50,659 nucleotides of DNA from Lentisphaeria bacterium (GTDB lineage: Bacteria > Verrucomicrobiota > Lentisphaeria > Victivallales > Victivallaceae): positions 1 through 50,659 of the forward strand of contig JAFVZS010000070.1 of NCBI GenBank assembly GCA_017508015.1, given 5' to 3'. The first letter of the stretch is position 1. Every line of letters starts with the position of its first letter. This document shows positions 7,395 through 16,047 of this stretch, piece after piece. The position numbers were made by a program, and so were the translations under genes. The notes under the pieces were generated by a model, which was given only the letters and a program-made list of their open reading frames with translations, was not told where the DNA came from and searched no databases.

Positions 7395-8417
7395 ATGGCA
7401 AACGGAAACTTTTTCAAACATTGGCCGACAATGTTGCTCGGTCTGATCGTGGCGTTGATCCTGCTTACGGCGGTATTTTCGTTCCAGCTCAATCAGACGG
7501 AAGTCGCAGTAGTCACTACTTTCGGCAGACCTGCAGTGGTCAGCGAACCGGGACTGCACTTCCGCTGGCCCTATCCCTTTCAAAAAGTTTATCGCTTCGA
7601 CAAGCGTATCCGCTGTTATGAAGGCAGCAGCGGCCGTCTTGAGGAAACTGTAACCAAAGACGGTCACAATATCATCGTCGGCATCTACGTCAACTACCGT
7701 ATCAGCGATGTGGAGGTGTTTTTCAGCAAGCTTCAGGATATTTCCGGAGCCGAAGAAGTGCTCAATACGTTGATGCGCAGTGCGAAAAATGCGGCATTCG
7801 GCAAACGTGATTTCAAGCAGATCATCGTCTATGCCGGTCAGGAAACTGAAGAGGGCATCCGGGATGCCGCCGCACGGCAGGGTGAGAGTGCCGTGCAGAG
7901 TCAGGCACGCAGTGTGACTGACCTCAATGTGATCGCCGATGATATCAAAGCGACTCTGGTCGCTGATACCAGAGATTTCGGAATCGAAATCGTCGATGTC
8001 GGCATCAGCAGTCTCGGCGTGCCGGAAACGGTTACCGAAAAGGTCTTTGAGCGCATGATCGCTGAACGCCGGCGTTTTGTCGAGCAGAATCTGGCCCGCG
8101 GCCGCAGTGAAGCTGAAAAGATCCGCGTTGAAGCCAATTTGAACCGGGATAAACAGATCGCTGAAGCTCAGGCCGAAGCCTTGAGATTGCGGGCCGAGGG
8201 TGATGCGGCGGCCGCTCAATTCTACAAAGAATTTGCCAAAGATCAGGAGTTGGCTGAATTTCTCCGTAAGATCGAAGCTCTGCGGATGATGCTCAGAGAA
8301 CGCACCACACTGATCCTGGATCCCAGTATGCCTCCGTTTGATATCCTCAGCCCCGGAACTGTAATCCCCGGCAGCGGTGAAAAACCGGCCGCTGCGGCTC
8401 CGGCAGCCGTTAAGTGA
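7395..8417 (+). CDS. SPFH/band-7 protein, HflC-like
   Basis: 340 aa with a single N-terminal TM. Motifs TEVAVVTTFGRP..EPGLHFRWPYPFQKV, GIEIVDVGISSLGVPE, ERMIAERRR and AEGDAAAA are as in HflC. Confidence 0.88.
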   Translation: MANGNFFKHWPTMLLGLIVALILLTAVFSFQLNQTEVAVVTTFGRPAVVSEPGLHFRWPYPFQKVYRFDKRIRCYEGSSGRLEETVTKDGHNIIVGIYVNYRISDVEVFFSKLQDISGAEEVLNTLMRSAKNAAFGKRDFKQIIVYAGQETEEGIRDAAARQGESAVQSQARSVTDLNVIADDIKATLVADTRDFGIEIVDVGISSLGVPETVTEKVFERMIAERRRFVEQNLARGRSEAEKIRVEANLNRDKQIAEAQAEALRLRAEGDAAAAQFYKEFAKDQELAEFLRKIEALRMMLRERTTLILDPSMPPFDILSPGTVIPGSGEKPAAAAPAAVK

Positions 8418-8428
8418 AAGGCACGATC

Positions 8429-9586
8429 ATGGAGGAAAACAGAAGCGTAATTACCAATGAATTTGACCGCAGCGGGCGTTACGATGCCGGGTTGAAGTCA
8501 TTGGCCAGAAGTTTGCGGGTGGCGTTTTTGCTGCTGCTGATCGGCATTATTGCCACATTGATCTACTTCGTCAGCGGTGCCGGATATTTCTCGGTTGAAC
8601 CGCAGGAGGCGGTCATCGTTACCCGTTTCGGTCGTATCGTTGGCACTTTTACCACCGGCGGACACTGGTTCCTGCCTTACCCGGTCAATCAATTCATCCG
8701 GGTCAAGACCAGTCAGCAGCTGTTGGAAATCGATTTCGCCGCTGAGGAAAATCCCTCCGGTGAGGGTGGCGCTTTGCAGCCCGGGCGGGATAATTACATT
8801 ATCACCGGCGATGCCAATATCGTTCACAGTTCATGGACGATCGCCTATCGAGTGGAGAATCCGGAAAAATACTATTTGACTTTGCTGACACCGCAATTCC
8901 CGGTGGCAAACGGTCAGGTCGTGCCGGATGAAGAATTTACCGATGCGGATGGCATGGTCGGCACCCGCGGACCGACTACCTTTTTGCGTAATCTTTTCCG
9001 TCAGGCGGTAATCAATGTCACGGCAGAATCACATGTCAATGATATCCTTTATGCCGGTCAGAGTACTTACAGTGAGGAAGTCCGCCGGGAATTTACCCGC
9101 CTGATCACCGGAAGTGATTGCGGTATCGTGATCGAAAATGTCGGTCTCAACCGTATTTATCCGCCGGTCAAAACCAAAGCCGCATTTGAAGAAGTTACCT
9201 CTGCGATCAATGCCAGTTCAGCAATGCGCAACGAAGCTCTGGCTTACCGGGTCGCCCAGGAAAATGAGGCAGTTTCCCGGAGTGCGGCGATCATCGCAGA
9301 TGCTGATGCTTACAAACAGCGCATTACCGCCCAGCTCGGCGCACAGAGTGCTTATTTCAACAAAATTTATGAACAACACATCCTCCATCCGGGAACACTG
9401 ACGATGGCTCTTTACACCGATATGCTTCGGGAAGTGGCGGCGGCGATTCAGGGCGACAAGTTTCTGCTTGACAGTTCCGGCAGAGCGTTGTGGTTGAGAA
9501 TTAATCCGGAACGCCGAAGCTCCGGTGCCGGCAGCGGAACAGCCGGTTCGGCGGATAATGCCGCCGCATCACAGGAGGGCAGATAA
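8429..9586 (+). CDS. SPFH/band-7 protein, HflK-like
   Basis: N-terminal TM followed by FSVEPQEAVIVTRFGRIVG...GGHWFLPYP. The track ORF starts at GTG 8414, a 4-nt overlap with the upstream gene. ATG 8429 has an AAAGG SD, so the start is uncertain by 15 nt. Confidence 0.85.
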   Translation: MEENRSVITNEFDRSGRYDAGLKSLARSLRVAFLLLLIGIIATLIYFVSGAGYFSVEPQEAVIVTRFGRIVGTFTTGGHWFLPYPVNQFIRVKTSQQLLEIDFAAEENPSGEGGALQPGRDNYIITGDANIVHSSWTIAYRVENPEKYYLTLLTPQFPVANGQVVPDEEFTDADGMVGTRGPTTFLRNLFRQAVINVTAESHVNDILYAGQSTYSEEVRREFTRLITGSDCGIVIENVGLNRIYPPVKTKAAFEEVTSAINASSAMRNEALAYRVAQENEAVSRSAAIIADADAYKQRITAQLGAQSAYFNKIYEQHILHPGTLTMALYTDMLREVAAAIQGDKFLLDSSGRALWLRINPERRSSGAGSGTAGSADNAAASQEGR

Positions 9587-9588
9587 TC

Positions 9589-11622
9589 ATGAGCGAACAT
9601 ATTCATAATCATAACGGCGAGTGCTGCTGCGGACATGACCACGGTCATGATCATCATGATCACTGCAGCTGCGGTCACGATCATAAAGAAGACAGCACTT
9701 GCATTTGCGGTCACGATCACAAAGCCGAGGGCGGTGTGGGCCACGACCGTAGTATGGGCAGAGTTTTCTTTGCTCTGATCGGCGGTATTCTTACGGCCAA
9801 CTCTTTCATTCTCAACGCCTGGCTCCCGGAACAGGAGTTCGCCGCCAACATGTCGGCTCTTTTCGGTGCTTTCATTCTGGCTCTGCCGATCATTATCACG
9901 GCAGTCAAGGATCTGGTGCGCGGCAAGGTCTACATGAATGAGCTGGTGGCTCTGGCGATTCTGGCGGCTTTGGTCAAAGCAGATTTCCAGACGGCCGGTA
10001 TCATCGCATTTTTCCTGCTGGTCACGATCATTATTGAAACCCGTACTGCCAGCGGAGCGCAACGCTCCATTGAAGAGCTGATCAAACTGACACCGAATAC
10101 GGCCAATTTGATCGGTGAAGACGGCAGTGAGCAGGAAGTTGCCGCCCAGAATTTGAAAGTCGGTGACCGCATCCGTATCCGTCCGGGTGAGAACTTTCCG
10201 GTTGACGGCCGGATCATTGCCGGTGAAAGTACGGTGAATCAGGCTTCGATCACCGGTGAATCAGTGCCGGTGGAAAAGGTCGCCGGGGAAGATGTTTTTG
10301 CCGGTACGCAGAATTTGACCGGTGCGGTCGATGTCACCGTGACCAAAGTCGGCGGCGAAACTACTCTGGGCAAAGTTAAAGAGATGATCATGCAGGCCGA
10401 AGCCAGCCGTACTCCGGTGGTGCGGATCATTGACCGTTATGCCGGATATTACACTCCGACGGTGCTGATGATCGCCTGGATCACCTGGTGGTTCAGCCGG
10501 GACATGAATTCCGTGATCGCGTTTCTGGTGATCGCCTGTCCCTGTGCCGTGGTGCTGGCCACTCCGACTGCAGTGGTTGCGGCGGTGGCCGCAGCGGCCC
10601 GGTTGGGAATTTTTATCAAAAATATCAGCCATCTGGAATTGGCCAGCCGGATTTCGGCATTTGTTTTTGACAAGACCGGTACGCTGACCGATGGTTTGCT
10701 CTCGGTGGTCAAATTGCAGGGCAGTGAAGGTGTTTCGCCGGCTGAATTGCTCAGTTGTGCCGCTTCAGTGGAACGCTTCAGTAATCACCCGACGGCATTG
10801 GCGATCATCAAACTGGCTGAAGAAGCCGAATTGGAACTCGATGATGTCACCGGTTTTGCGGAGGTGCACGGCCGGGGGGTTTCCGGTACGGCCAACGGTT
10901 CAGTCTGCCGGGTAGGCCGGGCCAACTGGATGCGTGAGAATGGTTTGAGTGTGCCGGAAAGTGATCCGGAAGAGGCCAGCGGTATGAGCGTGGTTTATGT
11001 CAGTAAAGATGATAAATTGCTCGGCTGGATCGGTTTCCGTGACAAGATACGCAAAGAATCCCAGGTGCTGCTTTCTGATTTGCGCCGTTTGGGAGTGCGT
11101 TACTGCGCGATGGTCACCGGTGACCGGCAATCAGTGGCTGAAGAGGTCGCCGGACAGCTCAATATCGATGAATTCAAAAGCGGTTGTCTGCCGGAAACCA
11201 AAGTGGAATTTGTGGAAAATGTCAAGCGTGATCATACCGTGGCAGTGGTTGGTGACGGTGTGAATGACGCTCCGGCACTTGCCGCCGGTGATCTGGGTAT
11301 CGCCATGGGGGCAATCGGCAGTGACATTGCGATCAACAGTGCTTCTGTGGCGTTGATGACCAACGATCTGCGCCGTATCGCCATGCTGATATTCCTGGCT
11401 AAAAAATCTCAGGTGGTCATCAATCAGAACCTGATTTTCGGAATGCTCTTTGTCTTTGGCGGTATGATCCTTTCCATTGTCGGTCTGATGACCCCGATCT
11501 GGGCTGCTGTGATCCATGCCGGCAGTACTCTGGTGATCGTATTCAACAGTGCCCGTCTGGTGCGTACCGGTGAGGAATTGACTCTGGCGGATAAATCTGA
11601 TTCAGACCAACAATTGTCGTAA
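9589..11622 (+). CDS. heavy-metal translocating P1B-type ATPase (Zn/Cd/Co-like) with a His/Cys-rich N-terminus
   Basis: 677 aa. Motifs TGES, CPC in TM6, DKTGTLT and GDGVNDAPAL; about 8 TM helices. The N-terminal 55 aa contain three CxCGHDH motifs. Confidence 0.95.
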   Translation: MSEHIHNHNGECCCGHDHGHDHHDHCSCGHDHKEDSTCICGHDHKAEGGVGHDRSMGRVFFALIGGILTANSFILNAWLPEQEFAANMSALFGAFILALPIIITAVKDLVRGKVYMNELVALAILAALVKADFQTAGIIAFFLLVTIIIETRTASGAQRSIEELIKLTPNTANLIGEDGSEQEVAAQNLKVGDRIRIRPGENFPVDGRIIAGESTVNQASITGESVPVEKVAGEDVFAGTQNLTGAVDVTVTKVGGETTLGKVKEMIMQAEASRTPVVRIIDRYAGYYTPTVLMIAWITWWFSRDMNSVIAFLVIACPCAVVLATPTAVVAAVAAAARLGIFIKNISHLELASRISAFVFDKTGTLTDGLLSVVKLQGSEGVSPAELLSCAASVERFSNHPTALAIIKLAEEAELELDDVTGFAEVHGRGVSGTANGSVCRVGRANWMRENGLSVPESDPEEASGMSVVYVSKDDKLLGWIGFRDKIRKESQVLLSDLRRLGVRYCAMVTGDRQSVAEEVAGQLNIDEFKSGCLPETKVEFVENVKRDHTVAVVGDGVNDAPALAAGDLGIAMGAIGSDIAINSASVALMTNDLRRIAMLIFLAKKSQVVINQNLIFGMLFVFGGMILSIVGLMTPIWAAVIHAGSTLVIVFNSARLVRTGEELTLADKSDSDQQLS

Positions 11623-11634
11623 GAGGTAGCTTTC

Positions 11635-12834
11635 ATGGAACGCAATTATGAACCAGTGGTACAGGCGGTCGGTCTGACCAAAATGTTCCGGGATTTCTGG
11701 AACCGTCCCAAAGCCCGGGCGGTCAATGGCATTGATTTTGAGATCAAGCCCGGTGAAGTGGTCGGTTTGCTCGGTCCCAACGGTTCGGGTAAATCCACCA
11801 CGGTCAAGATGCTTTTGGGGCTGCTTTACCCGACCGGCGGCAAGATTTCGGTTTTCGGTAAATCGCCCCGGGCGGTGGAAACCAAAAAAGAGATCGGTTA
11901 TCTGCCGGAAGAGTCCTATTTGTATAAATTTCTGACCGCAGAGGAAACGCTGAACTTTTTCGGTTCGCTTTTCAACATTTCGGCGGAGGATCGCAAGCGG
12001 CGCATCGATCAGCTTCTGGATATGGTCGGGCTTGCTCATGCCCGTTACCGCCGGGTTGGAGAATTTTCCAAGGGAATGGCCCGCCGTATCGGGCTGGCGC
12101 AGGCGATGATCAATGATCCGGCGTTTCTGATCCTTGATGAACCGACCAGCGGTTTGGACCCGTTGGGGTGCCGGGAGGTCAAAGATTTGATTCTGGCGTT
12201 GAAAAAACGGGGTAAAACCGTTTTGATCACCAGCCATTTGCTCAGCGATGTGGAAGATATCTGTGACCGGGTGATTATTCTCTACGGCGGTAAAGTCCGG
12301 GCGGAAGGTGCTTTGGATAAGCTGCTTACGGTCAGTGATCAAACCCGTATCCTTACACCGCAGCTGCCCCGGGAGGCAATGGATAAGCTTTTGGAACTGC
12401 TCCGGGCCAATCTGGATGGCGAGGAATTCAGGATCGATCATCCCCGCCGCACTTTGGAAGAGTTTTTCCTCGACGTTATTGCTCAGGCCCGGCGTGAGAG
12501 CGTGGAAACTGCCGGTGTCGCCGGCGGCGGCGGTATTGCCGAGTATCTTGCCGGCAGCGAAACGGCCGATGAGAAAAGTGCATTGCTCAATACTTTGATG
12601 CAGGAACCGGTCGCTCCGGAAGTCAAGAAGAGTGAAGCTGTCGAAAATGCTGAACCGGCATCTGAAAAGGTGGAAATTTCCGCAGATGACAAGATCGCTT
12701 CGGTGCTCGGTGATAATTCAGGTGCAGTGAAAAAAGAAAGTGTTCAGGCAGAGGAGAGTGGCAAAAAGGCGGAAAATATGCGCCGTGCCAACAGCAAACT
12801 TGATTCTCTGCTCGGCGATAAATCAGGTGAATGA
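11635..12834 (+). CDS. ABC transporter ATP-binding protein (ABC-2/NosF-like) with a ~110-aa acidic disordered tail
   Basis: Walker A GPNGSGKST, signature FSKGMARR, Walker B FLILDEPTSGLD. The C-terminal tail is rich in E, K, S and A. Confidence 0.93.
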   Translation: MERNYEPVVQAVGLTKMFRDFWNRPKARAVNGIDFEIKPGEVVGLLGPNGSGKSTTVKMLLGLLYPTGGKISVFGKSPRAVETKKEIGYLPEESYLYKFLTAEETLNFFGSLFNISAEDRKRRIDQLLDMVGLAHARYRRVGEFSKGMARRIGLAQAMINDPAFLILDEPTSGLDPLGCREVKDLILALKKRGKTVLITSHLLSDVEDICDRVIILYGGKVRAEGALDKLLTVSDQTRILTPQLPREAMDKLLELLRANLDGEEFRIDHPRRTLEEFFLDVIAQARRESVETAGVAGGGGIAEYLAGSETADEKSALLNTLMQEPVAPEVKKSEAVENAEPASEKVEISADDKIASVLGDNSGAVKKESVQAEESGKKAENMRRANSKLDSLLGDKSGE

Positions 12835-14297
12835 TGAAAGCGTTTCGTGCCATCGTAGCTTTGACTTTCCGCAATGCGGTGCGGTCACACATCTTTCAGC
12901 TGCTGCTGATATTGCTGCTGCTTTGTGTGACATTGATCCCGTTTTCGGTATCGACCGGTAAGATCGATGACCTGATCCGGGTTTCCCTGTTGTACAGTTT
13001 GTGGTCGGTCAGTATAGTATTGACCTTATCTTCACTGTGGCTGGGATGCTATATCATGTCTCATGATATAGACAATTATCAGATACACATGGTGGTTTCC
13101 AAGCCGGTTCCGCGCAGTGTGATCTGGCTGGGCAAGTGGGCAGGTATCAATTTGATCAACATTGTATTGCTGCTGTTCGCCGGTCTGGTGGTTTATGCGG
13201 TGGTGATGCTGCGTTATAATGAAGCCGGTGAAACCGGCCGTTTTGCCGACCGGGAAGTGGCCCGGCAGAATGCTGAAGCGGAAAGAGCGCGCATCCGGTC
13301 GCAGATACTGGTCGGCCGCCGGGTATTCATGCCGGAATTACCGGACCCGGAAAAGGTCGCGGAAGCCGCTGTAAATCAGCGTATTCAGGAGTTGGCTCAG
13401 GAAGGTAAGCAATTTACTGACAGTGAGATCGCCCGGTTGCGTGATGAGGTCAGGCGCGATATCAGTACCCGGCCTATCGAAGTGGTTCCGGCCCGGCTCA
13501 ATGAAGCGGGGATCCCGTTGACAGCAGCCACCGCTCATACCTGGATATTCAAGGATCTGCCGGCTGATTTGAATAAAGGCCGGTTGATTTTGCGTTTCCG
13601 GCCGTATTTGAATAAGGTTGCCAGCGAGGATCAGCGTGACAGCCGGATGTGGTGGGGCGTGCAAAATCCGGCGGCGGTGCAAAGTGCCGGTGAAAGCGGC
13701 TCATATATGGCCGTCACCCCCTATCCTGAAGCTTACTTCACCGGGGAATTTCATGAACATTTTCTGCCGGATGGGGTGATCAGCCCCGAAGGGATCGTGA
13801 AAATCCAGGTGGTCAATGCCGATACGCAGGGCGGAAAACACTACTATCAGATCGCTGACGGACCGCAATTGTTGATCCCGGTCTGCGGCTTTGAGGCAAA
13901 TTATCTGCGGGCAATGCTGGTGATGCTGGTGCAGTTGCTGCTGCTTTCCGGTCTGGCATGTGCCTTCGGCGGTTGTCTGACGATGCCGACGGCGATTTTC
14001 ATGGTGGTAAGTTATCTGCTTTTCGGTTCTTTATCCATGATTCTGACGGATGCATCATTTTTCATCTCGACAGCATGGGACAAGCTTGGTAATATTCTGG
14101 CAAAAACTTTGCTGCTGGTGGTCATACCATTGCAGAATTTTGATGTGACAGATATGTTGTCAAACGGAGAATTGATCGAATTTTCTTTCATCTGGAAACT
14201 CTTTTTTGAATATTTCCTGCTGCGCGGAGTGCCGCTTTTCCTGTTGGGGATCTGGCTCTACCGGCGGCGTGAAATGGGATCGGCGGTGAGAAAATGA
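12831..14297 (+). CDS. ABC-2 family permease with a large (~230-aa) soluble insert
   Basis: 488 aa with a 4-nt overlap on the ATPase gene. The N-terminal TMs carry an ABC-2-type motif (HMVVSKPVPRSVIWLGKW). A long charged insert follows, then C-terminal TMs. Confidence 0.8.
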   Translation: MMKAFRAIVALTFRNAVRSHIFQLLLILLLLCVTLIPFSVSTGKIDDLIRVSLLYSLWSVSIVLTLSSLWLGCYIMSHDIDNYQIHMVVSKPVPRSVIWLGKWAGINLINIVLLLFAGLVVYAVVMLRYNEAGETGRFADREVARQNAEAERARIRSQILVGRRVFMPELPDPEKVAEAAVNQRIQELAQEGKQFTDSEIARLRDEVRRDISTRPIEVVPARLNEAGIPLTAATAHTWIFKDLPADLNKGRLILRFRPYLNKVASEDQRDSRMWWGVQNPAAVQSAGESGSYMAVTPYPEAYFTGEFHEHFLPDGVISPEGIVKIQVVNADTQGGKHYYQIADGPQLLIPVCGFEANYLRAMLVMLVQLLLLSGLACAFGGCLTMPTAIFMVVSYLLFGSLSMILTDASFFISTAWDKLGNILAKTLLLVVIPLQNFDVTDMLSNGELIEFSFIWKLFFEYFLLRGVPLFLLGIWLYRRREMGSAVRK

Positions 14298-15901
14298 ATA
14301 GATTCCGCAATATGACATTGATACTGGTTCTGATACTGGTGACCGTCGGTGCGCTTTTCGGAGTGCGGCAGATCGAATATAAACTTGACCGTACGATCAA
14401 TGAGGAGCATTTGCGTTTTACCGGTGCGGTGACTGATGCCCCGCCGGCGATGGTGTTTACCACCGTGGCTCTGGGCAGTTTCCGGGGATTGTTGGCTGAT
14501 ATCCTCTGGCTGCGTTCCGAGTCGCTCAAAAGTAAAAAGAACTACTTTGAAATGGTGCAGCTGGCCCGCTGGATAACCGATTTGCAGCCCAACTACTCCG
14601 GTGGTACGGTTTATCTGGCGTGGAATCTTGCCTACAATATTTCGGTGACCAGTTCCGATTGGGAAGACCGCTGGTACTGGGTTAATGAAGGGCTCAAACT
14701 GATCCGGGATAAGGCGTTGATCTACAATCCGGATGATCCGATGCTCTACCGGGAACTGTCGTGGATATATCTGCACAAGCTCGGCAATCTGATGGATGAT
14801 GCCCACTTGTACTATAAAAATCAGATGGCAGTCCAAATGGGCAATGTACTGGGGCGTTATCTGACCGATTTGAAACCGCTGGCCGATGCTCCGGTCGGCA
14901 AAGAGGAGTTCATGCGTATCTATCCGGCGGATCATCCGCTTTGGGAAGCGGTGAAAAAGGCCGGTTACAAAGATTACGATCAACTGGCGGCCAAATTCCG
15001 GGAACCGGTTCAGGCGGCATTGCCTGCGGATCTCAAGATCCGCAGTGAGTATTACAATGCACTTGATGCGCATTTCCGGGCGGAATTGCTCCGGGAAAGA
15101 TTCAAACTTGATCCCAAACGGATGGTCGCTCTTGATGAGAAGTATGGACGCATGGATTGGCGCGTGCCGGAATCACAGGCGATCTACTGGGCCGAAACCG
15201 GAGTGGAAAAGAGCATTGCCAACGGCCGTCAGCCGGATGTCAACTGTATGCGTACGGTAACTCACGGTTTGCAGGCGGCATTCCGCAGCGGCCGGGTGTT
15301 GATGGTTGACAATGATGCCAGAGTATTTCAGGCGGTTCCGAATCTGAATCTGGCAGATTCCGCATACGCGGCTTTTGAGGCGGCCGAAGATGAATTTTCG
15401 CAATCGGGTGCCGGGGAAAGTTTCCGCAGTGCCAAGATCAATTACCTCAAAGATTCCATCCCGTTGATCTACATCTACGGCAACCGTTCCAAAGCTCAGG
15501 AATTTTATGAAAAATTGCAGGAGATCGACGGACCGCAAAGACAGCGCAATCTGGATGACTTCGTCCGCAACCACTTCGTGGAAGATGTGCGTGATGCGGA
15601 TGTGGAAAAGGCCACTTCCGTGGTCAGCGGATTGATCCAGCGGGCCTTGTGGGAATTGCTGCTGGGCAACCGGGAGGCGGCAGTGTACAATGAAAGTATG
15701 GCCCGGAGCATCCATCAGATATATACACAGAAAAATAAAGATGTCCGCCGCAATCAATTGCCGGAATACAATCAGATCAAGTACTTTGTGGTCAGCAATA
15801 TGCTGCGCAATCTGCCGGAAGCTGCTCAACGCCGCCTGATTGAGGAAATCCAGGCTGAACAGGCGGAAAGTGCGGCTGGAGAACCGGGAGGAAACAACTG
15901 A
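14294..15901 (+). CDS. hypothetical membrane-anchored protein (535 aa)
   Basis: 4-nt ATGA overlap with the permease gene. One N-terminal TM (MTLILVLILVTVGALFG), then a helix-rich W/Y/L-rich domain. I recognise no family. Confidence 0.8.
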   Translation: MNRFRNMTLILVLILVTVGALFGVRQIEYKLDRTINEEHLRFTGAVTDAPPAMVFTTVALGSFRGLLADILWLRSESLKSKKNYFEMVQLARWITDLQPNYSGGTVYLAWNLAYNISVTSSDWEDRWYWVNEGLKLIRDKALIYNPDDPMLYRELSWIYLHKLGNLMDDAHLYYKNQMAVQMGNVLGRYLTDLKPLADAPVGKEEFMRIYPADHPLWEAVKKAGYKDYDQLAAKFREPVQAALPADLKIRSEYYNALDAHFRAELLRERFKLDPKRMVALDEKYGRMDWRVPESQAIYWAETGVEKSIANGRQPDVNCMRTVTHGLQAAFRSGRVLMVDNDARVFQAVPNLNLADSAYAAFEAAEDEFSQSGAGESFRSAKINYLKDSIPLIYIYGNRSKAQEFYEKLQEIDGPQRQRNLDDFVRNHFVEDVRDADVEKATSVVSGLIQRALWELLLGNREAAVYNESMARSIHQIYTQKNKDVRRNQLPEYNQIKYFVVSNMLRNLPEAAQRRLIEEIQAEQAESAAGEPGGNN

Positions 15902-15939
15902 TATGTGATTTGACTGAAACCGGTTCGTTGTCTTGTCAA

Positions 15940-15988
15940 CTGCCGGAGCAAAAAGCTGAATGATTGCTCCGGCAGGAAATTTCTTTTC
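15940..15988 (+). terminator. rho-independent terminator ending the 5428-15901 operon
   Basis: 11-bp perfect stem: CTGCCGGAGCA (15940-15950) pairs with TGCTCCGGCAG (15965-15975). It is followed by GAAATTTCTTTTC. Confidence 0.7.
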
Positions 15989-16047
15989 AGCAACATAAGG
16001 TGTACGCAAAAAAATCACAGGTGCGTACAGAAATATCGGGGAAAAAA

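Noticed and set aside
6649-8219. Minus-strand ORFs 6649-7365 and 7284-8219
   Set aside because: These are shadow ORFs antisense to the SPFH genes. They have no motifs or SD, and the sense-strand genes have clear family signatures.
11602-16018. Minus-strand ORFs 11602-12441, 14258-15073 and 15173-16018
   Set aside because: They are antisense to the ABC ATPase gene (Walker motifs on the plus strand) and to the 535-aa gene. Their composition is typical of shadow frames.
15964-16047. N-terminal extension of the CNNM gene as given by the ORF track
   Set aside because: The proposed start codon lies inside the loop and stem of the upstream operon terminator (15940-15988). The first TM helix of the DUF21 domain begins after GTG 16048.
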